Positions 36,529 through 49,985 of a stretch of 64,000 nucleotides of DNA are shown one piece after another. The DNA comes from Utricularia gibba (taxonomy: Eukaryota; Plantae; Magnoliophyta). The number at the start of each line of letters is the position of its first letter. Positions within the stretch are counted from its first letter, which is position 1. The stretch is taken from assembly GCA_002189035.1 (NCBI GenBank), contig CM007991.1, positions 3,782,001 through 3,846,000 of the forward strand, written 5' to 3'. A program made the position numbers and the translations under genes. The notes below the pieces were generated by a model, which searched no databases, had not been told where the DNA came from, and saw only the letters and a list, made by a program, of their open reading frames with translations.

Positions 36529-39500
36529 TCAGCTCTCACCTTGAGTGTTCCCATCTTCCATTGATGCTGATGATATGTTGGGCTTCCCCATGTTTGCTGC
36601 TGCTGCTGCAGACAGCAGGCACGGTGGTCCGGTTTCGGAGGGTGGAACTGGGAGTCCCCTGAGATACATATCTGAAGGCGGCAGATTAGCAGCGTTGATC
36701 AGCGTTGACAAGCTCACCCCGGCAGCGATCCCGTCGTCCTCATGTCGAGGGTCGGAATTCAAGTCCAGCCGGCCCTTGCCAGCCTCCCCTGAATCCATGC
36801 TGCTGATCCCTGCCGTGGCTTCTTCATGGTTCATGTTGAGGAGAGAACGGCCCCGATGCCGTCCTTCTCGGTATTGCGCTTATCTGTGTCATGAGCTGTC
36901 TCTGCTGCTTCCCGGTCGCTCTGCCGCTTTTTCTTGCGCATCATCAAGGTTTTGAAGCGACGCCTTACCGTCAGACAGACGTTGCACTTGCAGCTCGGCT
37001 CGTGCTTCCCCTTTCCGCTTGGGGCTGAATGCAGACAATGCAGGTGCATCCAGGGCGATGCCGAGGATGCCGAGTTGTCGGCCCGACGGACGATTCACCG
37101 ATGTCGATGATATTGTCTCCGAGAACCGCCGCAGTGGCCAAGGCATCTAATCCAGTAGGCTCTGCATCTGACGCCGGTTTCTTCTCCGAGGTTCTCTGTT
37201 TCTTACCATCTGGCAAAACCAAGTTGCAATGCAACAGTAAAGCCAATTCAAAGAACAAATCCATACAGAAAACAGTCCTAGAATCCTTGCGCTATCGACG
37301 ACGTACCGTTGCCGGCGCTGCCGTAGTCGAGATCCTTTGGATTGATCGACTCGAGTGCAGAACATGAACACCTGAAAAGCTACAAGTCAACAACGCCCAC
37401 AAACACAAACCAATCCCAGTTCCAGCAGGAGGCAGCCATTTCATCCTTAAATCATGCGAATTGACTCATTTTACGCCTCCCATCTAAATGCTGCGATGCA
37501 CCTTAGCTACAAACAAGAAGATCAGATGCTTACGAACCTGCTCAAGTCCCAGATATTGTTTGAACAAGTCCAGTTAGCAGAAAGAAGAGCATGTGCAGGT
37601 AACCGTCGCCATTTGTGGCAACTATCACATTGAGCAAGCTGTTCGTGTTCCCTGCTTAAGATTAATAACATATTAAGTGAGGAAAATGAATTCAAACTAG
37701 CAGAGAGGGGCTGCCTCACTTACCCTGATGGCTTTGAGATGAAATATGTACGTTTTCCGAAAACAGGAGGTTCCTAGGAAGAATGAAAACAAGCATAATG
37801 CTTATGGAGTTTCTGTGATCAGGAACATAAAAATGCTTTAGGGAATAGCTCTGAACCTGAAACTCTTCGAATTCAAAGCCGTCCACGATGACGATGGTCG
37901 GTTGAGCTGAAGAAGCTGGACGAAACAATTCCTGTGCTTCTTCCCATGTTATCCTCAACTCAGTAGCATCATCGCTGTGTATGAGAAGCCTCTTGTTTTT
38001 CATGTTCTTCGACTTCTTCCTCTCCATATGCCGTTCTGTGTCTTCAGCTGCTCTGGCTCCATTCTTCCAATCATGCACATCATCAGCATTAACAGCACAT
38101 TGGAGACAGAAGAAACACAAAAAAATACAAAGAAAAACTGCATAGTGTAGCATACAGAGGGTACATCGTCAATAGACGAAGAAACCAGCTGTTCAGATGA
38201 AGCATCACCAGTTGGAATTGCAGGAGACTGGGAATCCTGTGCCACAAAGAGGTATAAAATCGGTAAGTAACAAGACAACACAAGAAAACACAAAAGAAAC
38301 TTCAGACCTGAGCCTCCATATTGTTGGTGGCTTTCCGGCAACCTATGACAAGTTGACCCCCTGGATCTCTCTGACTAAATATCACTACAGCAGGAAGACT
38401 TGGGTCATTTAGCCAGTTTATCATAACATGCTCACAATGGACATACCTGTATCACCAGCTTGCAACTGCATGTTTTGGATGCACGGCGTTACGCCCTCCA
38501 AAACGTACATTCGGCTGTTGTTGTTCGGCCAAAATCGGAACTGAAATGTCCACTCTTTACCCTTCACATCCTGAATCTTTATTGGTATGCCTTCAGATTG
38601 GTTTATAGTAGGAAAGTAGGCCTACATGATAAAACTCATAAGCCAAAACTGGGGAAGAGGAAACAAGAACTCCGCTGAAAAACATAACACATAATCATAC
38701 TAGACACTTACTTCAGCACATGCTTTAGGAAGGACAAGGCGGCCAATTCGGCCAGCATCACTTGCACTCAATATCTTCTCAAACAATGGAACTATAGTAG
38801 TTTTCAAACTAGAGACATGGTTAAGGAAAATACAATACAGAATCCAAAGCATGGTTGAAACCTGAAACAAATTGTAGAAGCCAGAGTATGTGAAAAAAAA
38901 AAAAAAAGTACTTATCAAGGATACTCCCCAGACAATTGCTGCAATTCTTGGTCTGTTATTCTTGGCCAGTAACGAGGGAGTAACTGGTTACGTCCTCGTC
39001 CTTCAGCCGGAGGCCTCGGAACACGTGCTTGTGAAGATGCTCCTTTACTTGCCTCTGAGCCAGATAAGAGGGTAGGCTTCGGTGGCTTTGGAAAACTATG
39101 ACGAGCTTTGAAGGAACCTTTATTCTGTTCACTTCCTTCAGAACCCTTTTCACGAAAAGGCAGCACAGGGCTCGGAGGAGTTGATAGAGAGAAGCTTAGA
39201 GGTGAGTGAGATAGAGATTCGTATATACTCTTGGGTCCTTGTATCTGTTGACTGCTGTCTGTTCTAACAAAAACCGATGGCGTACATGGCTCAGAAACAT
39301 TTGGCAAGCGCTTGCTGTTCTCTGCATTTGTAAGCAGAGGTTCTTTTAGCCTGTGATGCTCAAGTGCCATCTTTAGAAGCCTCTCGGTGTTATATTTATC
39401 AGGATCAATCCTACTCTCGACAATGAGGGGACGAGAATCAACTTCAGATCTTGGGATGCAATTGCCATTGGGACATCACAAGGAATCTGTGATCAACAAT

Positions 39501-40489
39501 TCCAACTTTAAATTCGAAAGAAGTAAACTTGCTCCAATATGCCAATAGTCCAACCCCAACAATGTAAAAAGCATGGAAATAGGTTCAAAATCTATCCCTT
39601 GGACCACAAAAAACAGTGGTAAAATCATAACCTGTAATGTTTGTGCGGACTGGATCTCCAGAAGCTTTGTACAACTGCTGCATCCTATTCCTCCCAAGTC
39701 CATGTATTCATAGAGGTATCTTGAAGCGATACAACCACAATGAACGAGCTACAGCAGAAAAATCAAGTCCAATAAGAACCCACGACAAGGGATTTAGAAA
39801 TGACACTCCGGACAATCACCTTTCCACACACTCTGCACTCCCTCCAACCAGAATCCTCCATGTGAAATGTTTCGCAGAAGACCAAATTCTCATATGCAGA
39901 TCTAAGCCAACAAACCATGTTAAAGAAGATGAGAATAGAACCACATTTTGCAAAGCATCATAATCAGCATCAAGGATCCTCATTGTCGTCATATACACAA
40001 ATAAAAGACAGAAACCAGCACGGTGTAACAGAATGAAAACACACTAAGCTCCTAAGCGGACAATTGAACGTAGTATTTGACATCTCGATCTGAAATGGAA
40101 TTGTCCCTTTTCAAAACAGCCACGGACAAGAATCCTTCAACTAAGAAAATTCAGAAGTGTACTAATATCAGTCATCTTGGGTGCACAAATCCAATATGTT
40201 AATATGAAGGTTGTTCCGAGTAAAAGTGTGACATTTTTCATGCAAAACCAGTGCCCATTTCTAGAGATATCCTCAGAAATAGGATAAAATTGCATGCCGA
40301 ATTTAGAGATTGAGAATCTAACCTAAAAATAGTAAACCATGAAATTCCAAGAACTGAAGTTCAGGAAAAATACCCGCAACTGGTGCAAAGAGTTGCAACT
40401 CCACCTGAATTCAAGCTCCAACCTTTCTTCCATTCAGTTGAAGTCGCAGCACGGCAAACTTCATTCATACAATTCTTTGTACTACCCAT
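36529..40489 (-). CDS. VAL: VAL/HSI2-type B3-domain transcriptional repressor (PHD-like, B3, CW zinc finger, EAR motif), with three apparent 1-bp frameshifts
   Basis: [12 protein letters not shown]...[26 protein letters not shown]3 [29 protein letters not shown]...[41 protein letters not shown] and [11 protein letters not shown]. Confidence 0.93.
38809..38924 (-). other. U12-type (minor spliceosome) GT-AG intron in VAL
   Basis: 5' site GTATCCTTG; branch TTCCTTAAC (38828-38820) about 12 nt before AG; the join gives in-frame [15 protein letters not shown]. Confidence 0.85.
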
Positions 40490-41941
40490 TTCTCCCCAAA
40501 ACTCGAACCTTCAAGTCAAAACTCCCTGTTTATCCGTAAAACGAAAGCCATCACTATCAAAACCCTAGAATCTGATCAATTGAATCTCGTCGACCCAGAT
40601 CGCCGATTCGACTAAAACCAGAAATCCCCGCGTCAAGCAATCAGAAACAATGACTCCCATCACCTCACACAAACTAGAGATTTAAGAGGAAAAATATAAA
40701 AAACTTGCCCACCTTCCTTCAAATCTAACAAATTCAACGTCGGCATGCGCAAATCCTCAGAATAACGCAACACCCACCCGCCCGATTACTCGATACTGTA
40801 CAGTAGTAGCTTCTGATCGAACCCCACACCCCCAAAATGCAAGAAAACAAATGATCGATGAACCCAACCAAAAAACCCAATCTCTCAAACGCCAGATTAA
40901 TCAGCTCCGAGGAAGAGAAATGGACGTGTTCATCAATACAAATAGAGAACGGAAGATCGGATCATGCATGGAGCAGGATAAAGCCGACGGCAGAAATTCA
41001 AATGCATGCACAGAAACCGCATTTCATCCCATCACTGCCCCTACACCCAACTCTGATCCCCCTGCTTTAACATTAAATCGATGTTTTCCTTGTCAAGATT
41101 TACGGCGGCCCATGTGTTCAGACAGTGATACATACCAAGCAAAACTACTAACGTTTCGTAGATTCCTATAATGGAGAGTGTAAAAAAGTAAAAAGAAAAA
41201 AAAACCCACGGCTGGTAAAGTACACCTTGCTGCTTACTCCACTTATCAGCAAAGAAAACCATCTCACCCACCTTGGTTCCATTGTTATGGTATGCTGCAA
41301 TTATTCCCCTACAAAATTATTGAATTCATGATACACAAGTTCTTCGATCCAAGTCCTCGCTGTAAACTACAAACTACTGATGCAGATACGAGCAAGTTTA
41401 TTTTTTTTTTCGCTCTCCCTTTCTCTCTCTCTGTTTTATTATTTAAAATAATAATCGTCAGAGCTGGAAGATGTGGATTCCATGCTTTTCCTTACAGAAG
41501 TCAACTGTAATACATTTGAAACTTGAAAGTTTTTGTCTTTTTTGTGAAATGATGAGAAAAAATAGATATGGAGCCAAGTTGTAATAAAATCACTCTTTTA
41601 TACGTACGTAATTTATAATAACTTTGCATGTTTATTTTCCAAAATGAAGTCTTTTTTCTAGAAAAGATGTTAAAAATTTGATTTTGTTGAACCATGGTTT
41701 GTCGGCATCCATCCTTTTGATGTGTTGGCATCATCGTTGCTCTTGTATGAAAATGACCTTCATTACCACACAGAAGAGGACACGGCAATTCCATAGAAAA
41801 GGGTGATTCTTGAAATTCGCATAGAATCCACTCAAGGGAAGCACGCATTGAAAAAGAGAAATCAAGCTCAGCCACACAAAGCATTGGGTATGTCAAGCAA
41901 ACATGGAAGCTGAAAATATGCTCACCATTTCATGCCATGGT

Positions 41942-43789
41942 TCATCTTGCTAGTGCAGTTGGTTGCTTATGAGCAATGATCGATTTCCGGAGCTGATGAT
42001 ATCCACTCCGGTAATGCTCAATTGAGACGCAAAGCTGCCGTATCGCCTCTCGTTTCTCCTCAGCTCGTTCAACCAGCGTTTCATGCTTTAGCTCGACCTC
42101 TTTCTCGAGTTCTTTCAGCTTTGCTTGCAGCTCATCAGCCAGTTTCCGTGCCTCCTCAACTTTGCAAATCAGTTCTACATGCTGGAGGTGCAGTTGATGC
42201 AGGTGCTTGTTCATTTCATCAATCTCAACATCCTTGGAACTAATCGTGGATGATAACTTGTCATTCTGCAACTTCATCTCAGCAAGGCTCTCATCTTTCT
42301 CAGCTATATCATCCTGGAGTTGCTCGATCTGGGCTTCGAGCATAGCTTTCATCTCAGCACTACAGGCATTCGTTCTCCGTAAATCTTCATCCAAGGTTTG
42401 GAGGCGGAACTCCAGTTCTTTGAGCCGATCTTCTAAAAATGTTTTCTCCTTGGTCACTCTGTCCATTTCAACTCTGAGCCGTTCATTCTCTTCATATAAG
42501 CTCTTGTTGGCATTAGACATTGCTTCCTTCAACCCTCTGATTTCTTGATCACGTTCTGAGAGACTAGATTTGTACCTCATAATCCTGTCGTGGAGCTTTG
42601 TAGCCTCACGCTCGTCTCTTGCCATTCTGTTCTTCAAGGTGGAGTACTCATTCTGTGCTGATATGAACTTGTTTTTCCAGTCTTCGATGTCTGTTGCCTT
42701 GCTTGTGAGTTCCATTCTCAAGCTTTCAACTTCATGTTCAGAATCATGAAGCTTCCCCTGCAGGTCTCTTAGCTCTTCTTCGAAACCTTGTTGCTTGCGC
42801 TCCTCAGAAGGAGAAGGCTCTAAAGATCTGCTTGATTCCAGGATACCGGAACCGTTCTGCTGCTTCTCAATGCTTTCTAAATCTATGCAGGCCTTGTGTT
42901 GCTGAAGCTCATCGGTTAGACGAACTATTTCATCATCGGATAGTCGAATCTTTTTTCTTGCAGCTTCCAATTCTTTCTCAAGTTCAGAGCTTTCATAAGA
43001 GAATTGCTTCACATCAGCAGTTTTCTGCAACTCAAGTTTCTCCTTCATCTCCAGAAGCTCATTCTCAAGCTCAAGCACTCTTTTCCGAAGCCCATTTTCC
43101 TCCTCGTTGCTCTGCGAACCGGAGTAGTCATTAACAGAAGAATCATCTGACTGCGATTCGGAGTCAGGAACAGACATATCATCTCTGTCTTTACGGTTCA
43201 GGTCAAGGAAAATGTCAAAACCAGCAGCACGAGGACCAGACTTTGTGCGAGCAGGAGATGCAGTAGCAGCAATAGATGGCTCGGATCCTACATCCGACAT
43301 ACCGGAGCCTTGAGAATGAAGATCAGACGGGATGCTTCTTCGGAGCTCACCAGTCACATTGTCGTACCTTTCGGCTAGAGACCTGTACATGCGATAGAAC
43401 TCCTCAACAAGAGTCACCAACTCAGGCCTCCTCTTGAAATACAATTCTGCCTTCTTAGCAAATGAATCGGCATCCTCTTCTATGAGTTTTAACATCTTTC
43501 TTACAAGCTCATCCATTTCTAAAGAAGCAACAAACATATTCATTACAAGGATGTAACAGAATTTCTTACAAGGATCAAGATTCAATTCAACCATCCATAC
43601 CTTCAAGGTTTTCTTGAAGCCATTTAGAGTTCTTAGGACTGACATGGCTATCCCACCACCATGAGTGAGATTTCTTTGTTTCACTCCTTTTCATTTTCTG
43701 CAGCTTAAAATCAGATAATGATTCAGAAAACAGCTCTGGACAAAGATAATATTTTATTGAGTTCTTACAGTGCCTGATGCCATGATCAT
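41942..43789 (-). CDS. NET4: NETWORKED 4-like actin-binding coiled-coil protein (NAB/KIP1 domain), 3 exons
   Basis: Spliced N-terminus [66 protein letters not shown], then a long coiled coil ending [12 protein letters not shown]. Confidence 0.9.
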
Positions 43790-45073
43790 GAACTCAAAAT
43801 CTCCGGTAAAATGCTTCAATCAGAACAGACGAAGCACCTGAGAACGAAAAAAAAAAAAAACAGAACACCAGTCAAGAATCGCACATCCTGCTTCAACTAA
43901 GACTCCAGTATCTCATCACTGAAACTTCAGTCCGATGAACAAACAAGTTTCCATCACAAAGGCTATCTTACCGCAGAGAGAACTTGTAGTATCGACAAGC
44001 TTCAAAGGTTTTACAATTTAGTCAAAAATTTCCATGTTCTTCAGAATCGAAAGCACCCCCAAAAAGAGCAAAAGGTTGTATTCTATTTAAATTCCTTGAC
44101 AAAGAGAAGATGTTGGATTATTAACCGCCAGAAAAATCAAGAAACCCTCAAGAAACCCAACAGATCAGATCAAGAAGCAATGATCATGAAACCAACATAT
44201 CAACCACCACCATCTCAGTAAAGTCTTTGATTGTACGTTTTCTCAGAAAAGCCCATGATACAGGAAGTCTGTGATCGTCGATAAAGTTCCCAAAAAAGGG
44301 GAATTGAACGGAAAAAGTTCCATTACAAGCTTCAACTTTCTATATTCACACGCAGGTGAAAAGAAGTGCTCAAGTACAACCCTCGAACCAGAAGCAAACA
44401 AGCACAACACGTCAAGCGATGAGAAACACTCAGGTTGGCAAGCCTTCGCCATTTCAGAACCCAAAAAGGAAACCGAAGAAAACAAAAAATGCAAGATACC
44501 CAGATAGAAAGTCAAACCTTTTCGACTATTGCTTGAAGCCGCACCCCTTTTCGCCTACACCAAAAACGCAAGCGCACAAGCTTACATTCCGAGAGTGAAT
44601 GCGAACGTCACGAGGAGGTGACAGAGCCTGAGACAAGAGTAATCCATATCTCCCCTCCCGGCTCCACGCGTTGGCAGAAGCAGACGAGAAAACCGCTAAA
44701 AAATCTGTGAATAGTACAATCATTTCGGCTGGACGAAAACAATAATGCATATAAAAAAAATCATTTCTTTTTCCACGCTCCATCTCCAAGTCAAGAGGAG
44801 TTATTGCAGGAAATCGACAGCTGGAGGATGCATACACATCATCGTTGATGACGACGGCGAGGTGAAGCTACAGCTCGTGGAAACGGCGGAGGGCTCCCCA
44901 CGAGGTTCTGTGTAGGTAGGAGATGGGGACGGCGAGATTTGGCTACAGCTATTCCCGTACGGTTGAGCTATTATTAAATAATAATGTGTTTATTGAATGA
45001 TAATCATGATTAATTATTGTAATTGTAGACATGATAAAATACAAATACACTTTGAATTTGGCAAAAGAATCAA

Positions 45074-47083
45074 TCAAGGGTTTTGATTCTCGTCGGACGA
45101 CGGCCGGTTCTCGGAATCGGATGGCTGAAGTTCCCCGATCATCCTCACTACCTCCTCCATGCTCGGCCGCATGTCCGCCACCCTTGCCACGCAGGCCATC
45201 GCGATCTGCAGCATCTGCACCATCTCTTCTTCGATGTTCTGAAACTTCATCAGCTCCACATCGAACACCTCCGAGGTCCACTCCTCCCGGACCACCGATT
45301 GCACCCATCTCGGTAGGTCTACGGAATCTTCACGTGCAGGTGATTGGATCGGTTGTTTCCCTGTGAGAAGCTCCAGAAGGATGACTCCGAAGCTGTAAAC
45401 GTCTGATTTCCGGTTGTGTTTTCTCGTATCGATTACTTCGGGGGCACGGTATCCTGCATGGCGCGCCGAGCTCGGGGGATAGTTCATCAGGGTGGCTAAT
45501 CCGAAATCGGAGACGCACGCGTCGAAGTTTTGATTTAGGATGATGTTGGAGGATTTGATGTTTCCATGGCAGAATTTCGAACCCCCTGTTGAGTGAAGAT
45601 GCGCTATCCCCTTTGCTGCTCCTAGCGAAATCCTCAGGCGCGTATCCCAATCTAGAGAAGCTCTCTCGGGCTCTGCAGTCTTGTTTCCTGTTACAGTTAC
45701 AACTTAGTTAATTTCATCTGGAAAACTAAACTCTGAAAGTTCGTTTTCATGAGCAGGGGAAGATTTACCCACCGTGCAGCTGATTGGCGAGGTTGCCATT
45801 GGGATAATAATCATACACGAGGAGCTTTTCATCTTTGGAGTAATAATAAGCTCGCAGAGGTAGCAGGTTTGGGTGTTGGCCAACTCTGTTGATCATTTCC
45901 ATGTGTTGCTCAAACTCTTTCTTCCCAACAACAACCTCTCTCAATCTTTTCACTACGACTGTTGTTGATTCCTCCAAAACAGCCTTGTACGCTGTTCCGA
46001 AGCTACCCTTTCCTAGAACTTCAGCTGATGCTCTCAGCAGATCTTCCAGATCGAAGTTGTAAGTGCAACTTTCGAAGAAAACGAGCTTGTTTTTCTCGGA
46101 TGCTTGCACCCCACTTCCAAATTCCTCACTAGGTTTCTCTGTTCTTCCAGCCATGGAGGAAGACTTCTGCTTTGATGCAGCGCCTTCCCTCTCCTTCTTC
46201 GCGAAGCAACAGCATAGGAATAGAAGAATAGCTAGAAGTAAAAGTAGCAACCCGCCTCCTACTGCAATAGCAATTATAGCCCAGAGTGGGAGTGTGTTTG
46301 CAGAGGTACGACTATGAGGTGATGAGGAAGCTTGAGGTGGAGAAGCATGGAAACAGGGATTCAAAGGAAACCCACATAACAGATTCCCAATGAAAGAAGA
46401 ACTTGTGAAGTTGTGCAGAGAAGTTGGGATGGCTCCATTGAGATGATTGAAGCTCACATTGAAACGCTTCAGATGGGGCACGTTGATATCGGGGACAGGC
46501 CCAGAAAGGGAGTTGTTTTGCAGGCTCAATGCATTAAGATGAGTCAGATTACTAAAAGATGATGGAATCTCACCAGTCAATGAGTTGAAGGAGAGATCAA
46601 TTACCGCAAGATTAGGAGAAAAAGAAGGTGGGATATTGCCGGTGAAGTTGTTTCTCTGTAGGAACAAGTAACGAAGAGATGGAGGGATAGGATGTCGGCA
46701 GGCAGATCCCCAGTTAGGCGATTCGATCTGAGACTGAGAACCATCAAAGAATGCAAGTTTCCAAGAGTGTTGCTTGGGATAGAACCCGTGAGTCCAATCC
46801 CAGGAAGACGCAGGCTATTTACACTCGTTCCATCGCTGCTGCAGTTTACTCCTATCCACAAGCAGACTTCAGAATCAGGATCCCAATTGAGCTTCCTCTT
46901 ATGGGGAACAGCAGCAGAAAATTGCAGAAGAGCTTGCTTGTCTGAAACCAGGTCGCCACCAACCCAAGGAAGAAGAAGGGAAAAAACAACTACAGGTAGC
47001 AGAATCAGCCGGAGAATCACGTGAATCCGCAGACGATATGACCGGAATCCGAACTCTCCTGTAGAAGTGGAAGTGATGAACAT
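45074..47083 (-). CDS. LRR-III receptor-like pseudokinase (At5g58300-like), 2 exons, with an apparent 1-bp frameshift at 46681-46682
   Basis: [12 protein letters not shown], LRRs, TM helix, [25 protein letters not shown]; HGNIKSSN lacks the HRD catalytic Asp. The start codon position is approximate. Confidence 0.9.
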
Positions 47084-48241
47084 TAACCAAAGCAAAGCAC
47101 TAGAGGTGATGACCACTGCAACTTTCAAGAGCTGGCAAAGCAGTACAACTTTAAACAAAAAGGCAGAGTGGAACAAATAGAAGACGAAAAGGCACATTGT
47201 CTTTTACAATGAACTTCACCTAGCATTATTGCTGTACAGGAGAAGTATATTCTGAAAAGCAAGAAGACACACAGAAGATAACTACTGATATCAAGCCAAC
47301 CAAAACAAGACTTCATCATCCACTGAAACCAACTCTTTGGACAAAGAATGAACCCCACATTTCCTAGCAAGAATTAGGTAAGAAAATCACCACTCCACAG
47401 TAAAAAAAGATTGACAAAGAATCTCAACTAGAGCCACAGAATCCCATGAAACTTTAGATTGAAAAGCCTGGAGATAAAAAGTCAAATCTTTGAAGTTCAA
47501 AATGGAGCCGCTAACAACCAAACTGCATTGTAGAAAATTCGACTTTCTGAACACGTGATCCTAAACTATTCAAAAGTTTCTCAGATCTGATGCGGACACA
47601 GAGAAGAAAAGCCTTACCGAGAAACATTTCGAACTCCTAATACCCAGATGAAGTTTCAAAAATGCTCAGAGAAGCTTCTGGTGAATGTGGAAGAGTAGAA
47701 AGTCAGAGGTGGAGCCACATTTTTCTCCGGTTCCGAAGGTGGGAGTTAATGAGCATTCCAGCGGACAACCCACCGAAACCAACCGCGGCAATGGCAACGG
47801 CATCCCAGCCAAGAATTCACACGAGAAGTTCAAAAAACTGAACGACACCCCAACACCCATATCGGATTCGTGCAGAGGTGAGCAGCTGAAAGGGAGGTTC
47901 ACGCGAGATGGTCCGCTGAGAGAGACACAAAAGAGCGTCGTCGTCAGTCATGAGAGGAAACGCGAAGCGTGTGAAAGATAACGGAGTGCAGAATGAATGA
48001 TAAATACGGAGGCTGATGAGGGGTTTTCCGTCATTTCATCTAATAGCACACCCTGGGGGCTGGGAACACTGACTGCCTATTTAATTAACATCTCACATAT
48101 TCTAAGGAATCACTACTTCAACTACCTTAGGTGATATATCTTGAAACATACCTCCATAAGACCAAAACAAATCTTCAGTTATTCCATTTCGCCATTGGAA
48201 ATCAAATACTAGATGGTGTTTGATAAGTCTATCGTACTTGG

Positions 48242-48534
48242 AGCATCTCCAACGGTTTTCAAAGAAGTTTACATAACACTTTCATTTTGTTTATTAGATT
48301 TCTGGAAATCATTGTGTGTATAATGTTGTTTCCAAATTTTCAATAAATGGAATTTTTATTTCCATTATGGAAATCTATTAAAATAAATACAAAAAAGATT
48401 ACATCTCATATTTCTGAAAATGATTTGTGTTACGAAAATAATTATAGATAAAATAAAAATTTAGTAACTAGATTTCCGGAAATATAGTAAAAATGATATG
48501 GTACTCCAGATTTCCGAAAACTATTGGAGATGCT
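48242..48534. mobile_element. Tourist/PIF-Harbinger-like MITE (~293 bp)
   Basis: TIRs AGCATCTCCAACGGTTTTC (48242-48260) and GAAAACTATTGGAGATGCT (48516-48534) match at 17/19. AT-rich interior. Flanks TTG/TTA suggest a decayed 3-bp TSD. Confidence 0.75.
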
Positions 48535-49985
48535 TTTATATTCAAGTTAGATAAACGATTTACACAGATGTGAACCTATATTGAAGTTTCCTCCATCTTT
48601 ATTCAATTCAAGATGAAGGTAATGCGGGGATTCGATACGAACGATATCATAAGAAATCTACTAAATTATATCATTTAAATGAACGTAAGATGATAACAAA
48701 CCCATTGAAGGATTTTTAACATTGGTTCAATGAATTTTAATAACGGTTAAGTTAAATTAAAACTTTTTTTAAGTATAAAAAATAAATTATGACTCAATCA
48801 TGATTTAATTATGTTTGAACGTAAGATTTAATATGTTTTTAAACAATACAAACAATTCAATCACAATTTAAATTATGATCGAACCAATACAGAGAATTTA
48901 TGATTTTTTTAACAATTTAAAAGACTATTCCATCTATGTATATAAATAATGTTGTAAAATTACCATAATGCACGTTATCATCCATTCAACTAACATATGA
49001 ATAGTTGGTCATAATTATATATCTATATTATATTATGATTAAAAAAATACCCAACATAGGGTCCCACATTTTCTACTAATGAGGGGTGGTGGTTCACCAA
49101 TAAATGGGTGTGGGCATTTATGGGGAATAATTGAATTTAAAATATATACATCTATAGTTTTATTAATTTTATTGGATATTATTACACAAAAATGTGTCCA
49201 ATCTTAAAGGTAGTAGATGGGGGTGACACCTAATGATTTCAATGCAATAACCTTGTAGCCTGTCCCACTCCTTATCACTCATGTAGTTACAAAATAAATG
49301 AACCATCACCATGCATGCAACTTTATTTAGGTCATCAAATATATTATGAACATATTTTTTTAAAATAATTTAATTACTGATATATTTAAAATATTTTACT
49401 TCTATAAACATATATTATCTGATTATAATTGAAATTATATTAGACAAATATATGTTAAAAATATTTACGTGAAATAAGATTTTATATAAATATTATTAAA
49501 ATCGAATTATTTTACAAAATTTTGTATATATTGAAAAATACATCTAATTAATAAATTGTTTATATACACTGTTAGCTTCTGTTACAATATATTACAAACC
49601 GTGATGATTTATATTGTTCATTTCATATCATTTCGAAGTTCGTTCTGAGTCGATCACATTTAACTATAAAAGACCAATCATCTAATGAAGATATGACATT
49701 CAAAAGATAGATTTATATTAAACTTAAGGCGAGTCCATATTTCAATATACAGAGTGTATTTAGAAAATATATGATTAAAGTGTTAATATATTTAACATAT
49801 GAATTTAAAATAGATGGAATACAATTTAAACACAAACTAATACTTTCATCATTCATTTTAATTCTTATTATTATATATAATAATTTTAAAATAATAAAAT
49901 TCTTACCAGAATAAGAATAAGAAATAATCCTTCTCAAAAACACGCCATTGATTTTCCAGGTATTACAATGCGTGAATAAGAAAAA

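Noticed and set aside
38060-38165. VAL intron seemingly lacking an AG acceptor
   Set aside because: An in-frame AAG acceptor (TTGGAAG|AAT) with a CTGAT branch-like site is available, so no unusual splicing is needed.
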